Made by a program: the position numbers and the translations under genes
In this document: positions 8,881-17,910 of the stretch, in pieces
Layout: each line of letters opens with the position of its first letter
How positions within the stretch are numbered: the stretch's first letter is position 1
Source: Nakamurella sp.
GTDB lineage: Bacteria > Actinomycetota > Actinomycetes > Mycobacteriales > Nakamurellaceae
Length of the DNA: 64,000 bases
Direction: 5' to 3'
NCBI GenBank assembly: GCA_044223435.1
Contig: JBGALY010000011.1
Location: 66,787 to 130,786 of the forward strand
The notes under the pieces: generated by a model
Seen by the model: the letters and a program-made list of their open reading frames with translations, nothing else
What the model was told of the DNA's origin: nothing
Database searches by the model: none

Positions 8881-9801
8881 TCAGGCCGCCCGGCGACGGG
8901 TCGCCGCCGACTGGCCGGTCGGCAGCCGCAGGTATCGCTGCGGCGTACCCGCCGCCACCAGCAGGTGGGCGGTCCGCTCGTGCTCATGCTCGACGCTCAA
9001 CGCGGCGATGTAGAAGGGCGCCAGGACGCCCTGCGGACGCCGGCGGCCCAGGCTGAGGTAGCCGAAGCGAAACCAATCGGGCACCACCCGGACGTCGTCG
9101 GCCGCGCCGTCCCGGAACGCTGTGACGAGTTGACCGACGATGTCGCCGGCGGCCTCCGCCGGGGGCCGAACCTTCGCCCGATCCAGCGTCGTACCGGGCT
9201 CGTCGCCGGCCAGCCGGCGAGCCGACACACTCACCGCCGCAAGCCGACCCCCCGCGGCGAGTTCGACGGTCGCGCTGGCCCGGCCGTAGACCGGCAGATC
9301 CCGGGTCACCTGCCGGAAGGCGCCCACGGCCCGGCAGAGGATGGCGGGGGCGACCTGGCCCGTGCGGTCCCCTCCCGCCGCCTTGATGCGCCACAGCCGC
9401 TCGAATTGCAGATCGTCCTCGGACGGGATCAGCTCGGGCAGCCCGAGCGACTCGGCCGACCGGATCACCAGCGCGCCGAGTTCTTTGTCCCCGGGGTCCT
9501 CGCCGACGACGTCGTCGAATGGATCAAGACCGAGCGACACCGTCATCGCTCCCGAGGCGTGAAATCCGACCGCGCGGAGGGCGGCGGGCCCCGACAGGAC
9601 GCTTCGGGCTTTCTGGTTTTGGAGTCTGAGATCGCCCAGCCGAAGGCCGGCCACCTCGGCGACCGACCGGAGAAGCCGGGCGGCCCGCCGCTGCACGGTC
9701 CCCAGGTCCGGCGGCGGGAGCTCGATGACGTCGGCGACGTCCGGGACGGTATCGATCAACGAGACCAGGCGTTCGGTCAGGGTTTCGGCGAACAGTGGCA
9801 T
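8881..9801 (-). CDS. Hypothetical protein (306 aa), partner of the His/Cys protein upstream
   Basis: ATG at 9801 is preceded by GGAGGG (ccGGAGGGccatcATG). Product starts MPLFAETLTERLVSLIDTVPDV... I recognised no family. The track ORF 8881..10308 over-extends through the upstream gene. Confidence 0.6.
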   Translation of the reverse strand: MPLFAETLTERLVSLIDTVPDVADVIELPPPDLGTVQRRAARLLRSVAEVAGLRLGDLRLQNQKARSVLSGPAALRAVGFHASGAMTVSLGLDPFDDVVGEDPGDKELGALVIRSAESLGLPELIPSEDDLQFERLWRIKAAGGDRTGQVAPAILCRAVGAFRQVTRDLPVYGRASATVELAAGGRLAAVSVSARRLAGDEPGTTLDRAKVRPPAEAAGDIVGQLVTAFRDGAADDVRVVPDWFRFGYLSLGRRRPQGVLAPFYIAALSVEHEHERTAHLLVAAGTPQRYLRLPTGQSAATRRRAA

Positions 9802-9869
9802 GATGGCCCTCCGGGGCGTTGCGGTCGGACATGGATCGGGACGGTCGATTGGGGCCGGTTGTCCGGCGG

Positions 9870-10619
9870 TCAGCCCTCGGCCCAGCGCCACAGGAGGCAG
9901 GCCTGCTGGGCCGGCGGTAGATCGGCCACGACGGTGCCCGCTCCCCAGAAATGGTCGCGGTTGTGCGTGCTCTGACTCCAGTTGATGGCGCCGCCGTTCC
10001 AGGCGGCCCCCGTTCCCGGGCCGACGACGATCGGATGATTGTCGACCCACCAGTCGGACACCCCGTCGATCCACGCACTCGTCACGGTGTCGCCATCGGT
10101 CAGGTTGTCGGCCACGTCCTCTCCGCACTCGTCGGTGGTGACCCCGTCGTACATGTTGTCCCAGGCACCGCAATACAGGTGCAGCCCGTCGAAGATGTTC
10201 CACAGGCCGGTCACGGTGGCCAGCGCCGCCGTCTTGCAGGAATAGGCCATGATCCACTCGGCGTTGAAATCCTCGCCCAATTCCCAGGTTCCGGAGAAGG
10301 TGCGCCATTGATCCCGCGGGATGTCGTACAGCAGCCGGGCCTGACCGTCGGACGTATGGTTGCCGTGCGTCTCGATCCAGAAGATGTCGACCTTGTCGAC
10401 CCAGTTCCGGTCGTCACCGCCTGCCCCGGTGTCCTGGATGTCGTTCTCCCAGCAGTCCTGATCCCCGAAATAGAAGGACCGGGTGTGCCCGGCGGACGCC
10501 AGTTCGCTGTTGAAGCCGTTGCTGCGGTTGAACGTGTAGGTCAGATCCTCGGCGGTACTGACTCCGTTCGCGCGGGCGTTCCCGAAGTGCCGTATCGCTT
10601 CGATGCCGTAGGACGCCAT
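9870..10619 (-). CDS. Hypothetical cytoplasmic protein with a caspase-hemoglobinase (clan CD)-like His-Gly / Ser-Cys dyad signature
   Basis: 249 aa, rich in W/D/N/G, with no signal peptide. A hydrophobic block plus HG (VDIFWIETHG, His85) and a hydrophobic block plus C (AEWIMAYSC, Cys128) lie 43 residues apart. Local GC is visibly lower than the flanks. Confidence 0.6.
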   Translation of the reverse strand: MASYGIEAIRHFGNARANGVSTAEDLTYTFNRSNGFNSELASAGHTRSFYFGDQDCWENDIQDTGAGGDDRNWVDKVDIFWIETHGNHTSDGQARLLYDIPRDQWRTFSGTWELGEDFNAEWIMAYSCKTAALATVTGLWNIFDGLHLYCGAWDNMYDGVTTDECGEDVADNLTDGDTVTSAWIDGVSDWWVDNHPIVVGPGTGAAWNGGAINWSQSTHNRDHFWGAGTVVADLPPAQQACLLWRWAEG

Positions 10620-10902
10620 TCATTCCCCCTGTAGGTGATTGCCGCCGAGGCGGCCGTGCGGTCGGGTCGCCGGGGGAGCGGCAGCTTCGCCCGCCGCACG
10701 TCCGGGGAGGTGGTTGGTGCCCTACAGACCGGGGACCACCCATCCTGGATACCTCGCACCGGAAAGATCCCCCGGTTGACCGGTTCGGGTTGCGGCATTG
10801 GGCCGGGCCGACGAGGTGCCCGCCCACGACCCGGTCGCCCGCGGTGGCCAACCAGCGCGACAATCGCTCCGAACCCGGTGGCCGGTGCGGAGAGGACGCG
10901 CG

Positions 10903-11247
10903 ATGAGTGACGAACAGGCAACTCCCGAAACGAAGGGGGTCACGGTGCAACCCCTCGCCGCCGTCGACCTCGGACCGGAGATCGACAACCTGGCGGGCCG
11001 GCAGCTCCGCATGCGCCTGGTCACGATCGAGCCGGGCGGCGTCTTCGGTCCGATCCATGACCACCGGGACCGGCCCGGTCTCGTCTACGTCCTGCAGGGC
11101 ACCATCACCGATCACCGCGACGGCGTCGTGACGGACTACGGGCCCGGACCCGGTTGGCCGGAGGATCGGCAGACCCGGCACTGGCTCGAGAACCGCGGCA
11201 CCGTTCCTGCGGTGGAAATCTCGGTCGACATCGTGCGATCGGAGTAG
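10903..11247 (+). CDS. Cupin domain protein
   Basis: ATG at 10903 follows GGAGAGGA. Product is MSDEQATPETKGVTVQPL...LRMRLVTIEPGGVFGPIHDHRDRPGLVYVLQG...TRHWLENRG, which shows the G-x5-H-x-H and H-x-N cupin motifs. Confidence 0.8.
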   Translation: MSDEQATPETKGVTVQPLAAVDLGPEIDNLAGRQLRMRLVTIEPGGVFGPIHDHRDRPGLVYVLQGTITDHRDGVVTDYGPGPGWPEDRQTRHWLENRGTVPAVEISVDIVRSE

Positions 11248-11290
11248 CCCGCGCTCTGGACGCTTGGGTGAGCGACTGTTAACCTCGGAG

Positions 11291-11320
11291 CGCGTGGGTT
11301 AATACTCATTAACCCACGCG
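11291..11320. promoter_or_regulatory. Perfect 13-nt-arm palindrome (candidate operator) upstream of the acyl-CoA dehydrogenase/carboxylase operon
   Basis: CGCGTGGGTTAAT-ACTC-ATTAACCCACGCG has perfectly complementary arms and ends 45 nt upstream of the ATG at 11365. It is AT-rich relative to the surroundings. Confidence 0.55.
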
Positions 11321-11364
11321 TGGTCCGGTCCGGTTCGGGCGCTGCCGCACACCCAAGGAGCATC

Positions 11365-12555
11365 ATGGTCGAGCTCTCGGAAGAGCATGAGGCGTTCCGC
11401 GCCGCCGTCCGCGACTTCGCCGAGAAGGAGATCGCCCCGCACGTCGCCCAGTGGGATCGGGATCATCACTTCCCGGTCGACGTCGTCCACAAGATGGGCG
11501 AAATGGGCCTGTTCGGCCTGACCGCTCCGGAGGAATTCGGCGGAGCCGGCGACGACGGCGACTTCACCTCGCTGTGTGTGGCCATCGAGGAGCTCGGCCG
11601 GATCGACCAGTCCATCGGCGTCACGCTGGAGGCCGGGGTGGGGCTGGGCATCAACCCGATCCTGACCTACGGGTCGCCGGAGCAGCGCGCTCGGTGGCTA
11701 CCCGACCTGGTCGCCGGGCGGGCCCTCGCCGGGTTCGGCCTGACCGAACCGGGCGCCGGCTCCGATGCGGGCGCCACCCGCACGAAGGCGGAGCTCGTCG
11801 ACGGCGACTGGATCGTCAACGGCGCCAAGCAGTTCATCACCAACTCCGGTTCGTCGATCACCAGCCTGGTGACCGTCACGGCGCGCACCGGCACGCTGGA
11901 CTCGGGGGGACCGGAGATCAGCACCATCGTCGTTCCGTCCGGAACGCCGGGGTTCGTCGTCGAACCCGCTTACCACAAGCTCGGCTGGCACATCTCGGAC
12001 ACCCACCCGCTCACCTTCATCGACTGCCGGGTGCCCGAGGGCAACCTGCTGGGGGCGCGGGGTCGCGGGTACGCCCAGTTCCTGCATACCCTGGACGACG
12101 GCCGGGTGGCCATCGCCGCGCTGGCCGTCGGCCTGCTCCAGGCCTGCCTGGAGGCGTGTGTGCAGTACGCCGTCGACCGGCACACGATGGGCGGCCCGAT
12201 CGGCCGCAAGCAGGGCGTGGCGTTCCAGATCGCCGACCTGGAGGTGATGCTGCAGGCCGCGCGGGCGCTGACCTACCAGGCGGCGGCGATGAAGGACGCC
12301 ATGCTGGCCGGTCATCCCGGGGCGCCCAGCCCGGCCCGGTTCAAGCGGGCGGCCGCCGTGGCCAAGCTCTACAGCTCCGAGTCGGCCGTCACCGCGACCC
12401 GGATCGCGACCCAGGTCTTCGGTGGCTACGGCTTCATGGAGGAATACCCGGTCGCCCGGTTCTACCGGGACGCCAAGATCCTGGAGATCGGCGAGGGCAC
12501 CTCGGAGGTGCAAAGGCTGCTGATCGCCCGCGGTCTGGGCCTGCCGGTGGAGTGA
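11365..12555 (+). CDS. Acyl-CoA dehydrogenase (isovaleryl-CoA dehydrogenase-like)
   Basis: ATG at 11365 follows AAGGAG. Product is MVELSEEHEAFRAAVRDFAEKEIAPHVAQWD..., with GFGLTEPGAGSDA and a C-terminal YRDAKILEIGEGTSEVQRLLIAR. Confidence 0.9.
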   Translation: MVELSEEHEAFRAAVRDFAEKEIAPHVAQWDRDHHFPVDVVHKMGEMGLFGLTAPEEFGGAGDDGDFTSLCVAIEELGRIDQSIGVTLEAGVGLGINPILTYGSPEQRARWLPDLVAGRALAGFGLTEPGAGSDAGATRTKAELVDGDWIVNGAKQFITNSGSSITSLVTVTARTGTLDSGGPEISTIVVPSGTPGFVVEPAYHKLGWHISDTHPLTFIDCRVPEGNLLGARGRGYAQFLHTLDDGRVAIAALAVGLLQACLEACVQYAVDRHTMGGPIGRKQGVAFQIADLEVMLQAARALTYQAAAMKDAMLAGHPGAPSPARFKRAAAVAKLYSSESAVTATRIATQVFGGYGFMEEYPVARFYRDAKILEIGEGTSEVQRLLIARGLGLPVE

Positions 12556-12558
12556 GAC

Positions 12559-14091
12559 ATGGAAACGATGCGTGACCTGGTCGAGGCGCTGCGCGATCGG
12601 CTCGCCACCGTGCGCCGGGGCGGCAGCGAGGCGGCCCGCCGCCGGCACACCGACCGGGGCAAGCTCCTGGTCCGGGACCGGGTCGACCGGCTGCTCGACC
12701 CGGGCAGTCCGTTCCTGGAGCTCGGGGCGCTGGCCGCCTGGGACATGTACGACGGGGCCGTGCCCAGCGCCGGCATCGTGACGGGCATCGGCCGGGTCGC
12801 CGGACGCGAGATCGTCGTGGTCGCCAACGACGCCACCGTCAAGGGCGGCACCTACTACCCGCTGACGGTCAAGAAGCACCTGCGGGCGCAGACCGTCGCG
12901 GCCGAGAACCACCTGCCGTGTATCTATCTGGTCGATTCGGGCGGCGCCTACCTGCCGTTGCAGGACGAGGTGTTCCCGGACCGTGAGCATTTCGGCCGCA
13001 TCTTCTTCAACCAGGCCACCCTGTCGGCCCGCGGCATCCCGCAGATCGCGAGCGTGATGGGGTCGTGCACCGCGGGCGGCGCCTACATGCCGGCGATGTC
13101 CGACGAGACCGTCATCGTGCGCAACCAGGGCACCATCTTCCTCGGCGGGCCGCCGCTGGTGAAGGCGGCGACCGGAGAGGTGGTCACGGCCGAGGACCTC
13201 GGCGGCGGGGACGTGCACGCCCGCACCTCCGGCGTGGCCGACCACCTGGCCCAGGACGACGCGCATGCCCTGGCCATCGTCCGCAGCATCGTCGGCACGC
13301 TGGAACGGCGGCCCGCCGGCGCGGCGTACCGGACGGTGCCGGTCGAGGAGCCGCACGAGGACCCCGGGTCCCTGGGCGACGTGGTGCCCACCGACACCCG
13401 AACCCCGTACGACGTCCGCGAGGTGATCCGCCGGATCGTGGACGGCAGCCGGCTGCACGAGTTCAAGAAGCTGTACGGCGAGACCCTGGTGTGCGGGTTC
13501 GCGCACATCTGGGGGCACCCGGTCGGCATCATCGCCAACAACGGCATCCTGTTCAGCGAGTCCTCGCTCAAGGGAGCGCATTTCATCGAACTGGCCAACC
13601 AGCGGGGCATCCCGCTGGTGTTCCTGCAGAACATCACCGGCTTCATGGTCGGCCGCCGCTACGAGAACGGCGGCATCGCCAAGGACGGCGCCAAGCTGGT
13701 GACCGCGGTCGCCTGTTCCGTCGTGCCCAAGTTCACCGTGGTGATCGGAGGATCGTTCGGCGCCGGCAACTACGGCATGTGCGGCCGCGCCTACGACCCG
13801 CGATTCCTCTGGATGTGGCCCAACGCCAGGATCTCGGTGATGGGCGGCGAGCAGGCGGCCTCGGTACTGGCCACCGTCCGTGGCTTCGACGGCCCGGCGG
13901 AGGAGGAGGCGTTCAAGGCGCCGATCCGCGCGCAATACGAGGCGCAGGGTTCGCCCTACTACTCGACCGCGCGGCTCTGGGACGACGGCATCATCGACCC
14001 GGCCGACACCCGTCGCGTGCTGGGCATGGGCCTGGTCACCGCGGCGAACGCCCCGACCCCGGCGCCGTCCTACGGCGTCTTCCGGATGTGA
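12559..14091 (+). CDS. Acyl-CoA carboxylase carboxyltransferase (beta) subunit, methylcrotonyl-CoA carboxylase-like
   Basis: 510 aa. It has [36 protein letters not shown] and [40 protein letters not shown]. Confidence 0.9.
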   Translation: METMRDLVEALRDRLATVRRGGSEAARRRHTDRGKLLVRDRVDRLLDPGSPFLELGALAAWDMYDGAVPSAGIVTGIGRVAGREIVVVANDATVKGGTYYPLTVKKHLRAQTVAAENHLPCIYLVDSGGAYLPLQDEVFPDREHFGRIFFNQATLSARGIPQIASVMGSCTAGGAYMPAMSDETVIVRNQGTIFLGGPPLVKAATGEVVTAEDLGGGDVHARTSGVADHLAQDDAHALAIVRSIVGTLERRPAGAAYRTVPVEEPHEDPGSLGDVVPTDTRTPYDVREVIRRIVDGSRLHEFKKLYGETLVCGFAHIWGHPVGIIANNGILFSESSLKGAHFIELANQRGIPLVFLQNITGFMVGRRYENGGIAKDGAKLVTAVACSVVPKFTVVIGGSFGAGNYGMCGRAYDPRFLWMWPNARISVMGGEQAASVLATVRGFDGPAEEEAFKAPIRAQYEAQGSPYYSTARLWDDGIIDPADTRRVLGMGLVTAANAPTPAPSYGVFRM

Positions 14092-14095
14092 CGAG

Positions 14096-16012
14096 ATGAC
14101 CACCCCGCTGCGCACCCTGCTGATCGCCAACCGAGGCGAGATCGCCCTGCGCGTCCTGCGTACCGCCCGCCGGATGGGTCTGCGCACCGTCGCGATCTAC
14201 ACCGAGGTGGACCGCTCGGCCCCGCACGTCCGGGCCGCGGACGCGGCCCGCCCGGTGCCCGGCTACCTCGACATCGAGGCGGTGGTGGCCGCGGCGCGGG
14301 CCGCCGGCGCGGACGCGATCCACCCCGGGTACGGCTTCCTGTCCGAGCGGGCGGCCTTCGCCCGGGCCGTCGAGGATGCCGGGCTGATCCTGGTCGGACC
14401 GCCGGCCGCGGTGATCGAGGCCATGGGTCGCAAGGACGCCGCCCGGGAGATCGCCGTCGCGGCCGGCGTTCCGGTGGTGCCGCGCGGCGAGGACGCGGGC
14501 TACCCGGTCCTGGTCAAGGCGGCCGCCGGCGGCGGCGGGAAGGGCATGCGGATCGTCCGCCGGGCGCAGGACCTGGACGAGGCCATGGCCGCGGCCCGCC
14601 GGGAGGCGAGGTCGGCGTTCGGCGACGACACCCTGCTGGTCGAACGGTACGTGGAACGGGGGCGGCACATCGAGGTCCAGATCATGGCCGACGCCCACGG
14701 GACCGTGCTGCACCTGCACGAGCGGGACTGCTCGCCGCAGCGACGCCACCAGAAGGTGCTCGAGGAAGCTCCCGCCCCCACGATCGACCCGGCGGTCCGC
14801 GCCCTGGTCACGTCCGGCGCGGTGGCCCTGGCCACGCACGTCGGGTACCGCAATGCCGGCACCGTCGAGTTTCTCGTCGACGACGACTCCGGTCAGGCCT
14901 ACTTCCTGGAGATGAACACCCGCCTGCAGGTGGAGCACCCGGTCACCGAGGCGATCACCGGGCTGGATCTGGTCGAGCTCCAGCTGCGGGTGGCCGCCGG
15001 CGAGCCGCTGCCGCTGACCCAGGTGGACGTCACGGCGACCGGCCACGCCATCGAGGCCCGGGTCTACGCCGAGGACTCCTTCCACGGCTTCCTGCCTCAG
15101 GCCGGCACCGCGTCGGTCGTCCGGTGGCCGGCCGGCGTCCGGGTCGACCACGCTCTGGAATCCGGACAGGTGGTGGGGACCTCGTTCGACCCCATGCTCG
15201 GCAAGATCATCGCGCACGGACCGGACCGGGAGTCGGCGCGCCGGAGGCTGCTGGACGCGCTGGACGCCACCGTGATCCTGGGTCTGACCACCAACACCGG
15301 CTTCCTGCGGGCACTGGCGGGCGGCCCCGAGTTCCGGGCCGCGGCGATCGACACCGCGTGGCTGGACCGGAATCCGGTGCCCGAGCCGGCGGCCGACGTG
15401 CCGCGGGTCTTCGCCGCCTGGGCGGCGGCCGCGGTCGCCGCGGCAGCCGACGACGGCCCGTTCCGGGCCGACGGCTGGCGCTCGGGCGCGAGCCCGGCGC
15501 CGACCCTCGTCGAGCTGGACCGGACGGTGACGGTGGACCGCGCGGGCGGCCGGGTGGACGGCCGGCCGGTGCGCGAGATCTCCTTCGCCCAGGGCCGGCT
15601 CGAGCTGGAGCTGGACGGCGCGGCGGTGTCGGCCTTCGTCGACGTCCGCGCCGGGGCGACCGAGGTCGCCCATCGGGGCCAGCGGTTCGTGTTCACCCGG
15701 CCCGACGTCTTCGGCGAGCACGTGCCGTCCGCCGGTGATGGCGTGCTCACCGCTCCGATGCCGGGCACGGTGATCGACGTGCGGGTGGCCGACGGCGACC
15801 GCGTCGACGCGGGTCAACCGCTGCTGGTGCTGGAGGCCATGAAGATGGAACTGGCGGTCAAGGCACCGTTCGCCGGCACCGTGGCCGGCCTGACCGTGGC
15901 CGTCGGTACCCGGATCGGGCTGGGTGCCGCGCTCGTGCATGTCGTCCCGGCGGCCGGTCCGGCGGACCGGATCGGCGGGGCCGCGGGCGGGCAGCCGATC
16001 ACGGCAGGGTGA
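14096..16012 (+). CDS. Acyl-CoA carboxylase alpha subunit (biotin carboxylase plus biotin carboxyl carrier domain)
   Basis: ATG at 14096. Product starts MTTPLRTLLIANRGEIALRVLRTARRMG. It has an ATP-grasp core and the C-terminal biotinylation motif LEAMKMEL. Confidence 0.9.
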   Translation: MTTPLRTLLIANRGEIALRVLRTARRMGLRTVAIYTEVDRSAPHVRAADAARPVPGYLDIEAVVAAARAAGADAIHPGYGFLSERAAFARAVEDAGLILVGPPAAVIEAMGRKDAAREIAVAAGVPVVPRGEDAGYPVLVKAAAGGGGKGMRIVRRAQDLDEAMAAARREARSAFGDDTLLVERYVERGRHIEVQIMADAHGTVLHLHERDCSPQRRHQKVLEEAPAPTIDPAVRALVTSGAVALATHVGYRNAGTVEFLVDDDSGQAYFLEMNTRLQVEHPVTEAITGLDLVELQLRVAAGEPLPLTQVDVTATGHAIEARVYAEDSFHGFLPQAGTASVVRWPAGVRVDHALESGQVVGTSFDPMLGKIIAHGPDRESARRRLLDALDATVILGLTTNTGFLRALAGGPEFRAAAIDTAWLDRNPVPEPAADVPRVFAAWAAAAVAAAADDGPFRADGWRSGASPAPTLVELDRTVTVDRAGGRVDGRPVREISFAQGRLELELDGAAVSAFVDVRAGATEVAHRGQRFVFTRPDVFGEHVPSAGDGVLTAPMPGTVIDVRVADGDRVDAGQPLLVLEAMKMELAVKAPFAGTVAGLTVAVGTRIGLGAALVHVVPAAGPADRIGGAAGGQPITAG

Positions 16013-16895
16013 CCGGGAACAGGTCGGTCCGGGCGACCACGCGGTCCCGTTCCGGCGCGAGAGCGGTCCGGCGCGGATCGTGCAGGAAGCCGTCGAGGCC
16101 TTCGTCGGTGGCGAACTCGATGAGCTGCACCTCGTGGGGGTGGCCGTCGTCGCCCGCGCCGGTCGCCCGCAGCCGGACCCGTCCGCCGTGGTCGGCCAGG
16201 ATCGCCAGCACCCGATCCTCGTAGCGGCCGAGCGCGGCGGCCCGACCCTCGTGCGCCCACAGCAGGCAGCACCAGATCCGGGGGTCGGCGGCGGCGTCCA
16301 CGCCGCGATTGTGCCCGACCGACGCCGCACACCGGTCCAGCACGGCCGTCAGGGGCGCGGGTACCCGGTCCGGGTCGAGCGCGGCCACCAGCAGCGCGGC
16401 ATATCGTTCCTTGCGGCCGGCCCGGGAGCCGAAGAACCGCCGCAGGACGGCCTCCCGCGGCCGGCCCCGCTGCGCGGGCATCGCGAGCAGGCGGCGCAGC
16501 GACGGTCCATCGCCGGCCGCCGCGATGACCGTCTCGACCCGATCGACCCCGAGCGCCCGGATCAGTTCCTCCTCCAGATCGCCGTGGCAGCCGTAGAAGC
16601 CGAGCCGGGCCGGCCCGTCCGGCCGGGTCGCGTCCGCGAACCCGGCGGCGGCCAGGCCGCGGCGCAACTGGCGCTCCTGGGCCGCGTCGTACAGCCCGGC
16701 CAGGGTCAGCCCGCGCCCGAGCGGGCCGTAGCGGGTGGCGAACGCCCGCACGTTGGTGATCCCGCCCATGTCGATGATCTGGATGCCGTCGGCGGTGAGG
16801 TCCCGGCCTCGCCGGGCGGCCAGGGTGGCCAGCGCGACCCGGTCGCTGGCGCCCTCGACCAGGACGACGGCCCGGGGCGGCGCGGTGGATGTCAC
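15999..16895 (-). CDS. TOPRIM domain protein fused to a C-terminal ~95-aa ferredoxin-like (DUF1330/Dabb-like) domain
   Basis: 298 aa. The N-terminal OLD-type TOPRIM signature is VVLVEGASDRVALATLA...IIDMGG...GDLEEELI. The C-terminal part WCCLLWAHEGRAAALGRYEDRVLAILADHGGRVRL...VQLIEFATDEGLDGFLHDP resembles small alpha+beta barrel domains. Its 3' end overlaps the carboxylase alpha gene by 14 nt (convergent). Confidence 0.65.
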   Translation of the reverse strand: MTSTAPPRAVVLVEGASDRVALATLAARRGRDLTADGIQIIDMGGITNVRAFATRYGPLGRGLTLAGLYDAAQERQLRRGLAAAGFADATRPDGPARLGFYGCHGDLEEELIRALGVDRVETVIAAAGDGPSLRRLLAMPAQRGRPREAVLRRFFGSRAGRKERYAALLVAALDPDRVPAPLTAVLDRCAASVGHNRGVDAAADPRIWCCLLWAHEGRAAALGRYEDRVLAILADHGGRVRLRATGAGDDGHPHEVQLIEFATDEGLDGFLHDPRRTALAPERDRVVARTDLFPVTLP

Positions 16896-16926
16896 CGGCC
16901 GAGGGTGGGACCCCGCCGGCCCGGCG

Positions 16927-17910
16927 TCAAGGCAATTCCGGCCCGGCCGCGCCGGCGCCGGGCCGGTACCGGTCCGCCAGCGCGGCGGCCGCGGGCGCGT
17001 CGCACCGGTGGCCGGCCAGCACCACCCGGTGCCACAGCGCCCAGGTCGCGCCCGGGGTGAGGGTGAAGGCGGTGTCGAACGCCGGCGACGGGCAGAGCGC
17101 CGGAAACGCGCTGGTCCGGACGAACCAGCGCACCGGGACCGGCGCCGACGACCGGCCGGCGAACATCAGCACGGTCCCGCCGCCGTCGATTTCGTCGTGG
17201 TCACCGGCCACCGCGAGCCACTCGCCGGTCGACCCCATCGCCCCGTCCTCGTCGCCCGGCCCGGCCGGGGTCAGCACGTCGCCACCGGTCCACGCCCGCG
17301 GGCCGCGCCAGAACAGGCCGGTGTACCCGGCCCGCAGCCGGCCGAGGGTTGTCGGGCTGCCGACCACCAGCGGCCGGTCGCGCAGGTTCGTCAACCGGCT
17401 GGCCACGTCCAGCGCCCAGGTGTCGGCGGCCGGATCGACCCCGTGCACCCGCAGCGTCCGCCGCTCGGCCAGCCACGCCCGGCCGCCGGCCGTGAGCCAG
17501 GTCAGCCGCTCCCGGACGATCGCCGCACCCGGCGGCGCCGCGGCGCCACCGGCGATCAGGTCGAAGCCCTCGTGCCGTTGCCGGCCGTTGTTGTCCCGCT
17601 GCACGTACCCGTGCGGCGGGTCGGTCACGGTCGGGTCGAAGGTGGGCCCGCCCCAGAAGTTCTCCCCGGACAGGTGGGACAGTGTCAACTGCAACCCCTT
17701 GTGCCAGCGGTGATCCCACGGCCGGTAGGCGCTCAGCGGCGCGCCGCGCAGCGAGCGCAGCGGGAACATGTACGGCTTGACCGACTCGGTGACGGGCGCG
17801 ACCGGACGGAACACGTACCGCGCGATCTCCACCGCGCCGACGGCGACGGACAGGTGATCGGCGGCGATGGTCACGGCCGGGACCGCCCCGTTTCCGGATG
17901 CCTCAGCCAC
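16927..17910 (-). CDS. PmoA-family (DUF6807-like) protein
   Basis: 327 aa. It has KPYMFPLRSL.G.PL, RPWDHRWHKGLQLTLSHLSGENFWGG and GYTGLFWRGPRAW. It shows the typical pairing with a Gfo/Idh/MocA oxidoreductase. Confidence 0.7.
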   Translation of the reverse strand: MAEASGNGAVPAVTIAADHLSVAVGAVEIARYVFRPVAPVTESVKPYMFPLRSLRGAPLSAYRPWDHRWHKGLQLTLSHLSGENFWGGPTFDPTVTDPPHGYVQRDNNGRQRHEGFDLIAGGAAAPPGAAIVRERLTWLTAGGRAWLAERRTLRVHGVDPAADTWALDVASRLTNLRDRPLVVGSPTTLGRLRAGYTGLFWRGPRAWTGGDVLTPAGPGDEDGAMGSTGEWLAVAGDHDEIDGGGTVLMFAGRSSAPVPVRWFVRTSAFPALCPSPAFDTAFTLTPGATWALWHRVVLAGHRCDAPAAAALADRYRPGAGAAGPELP

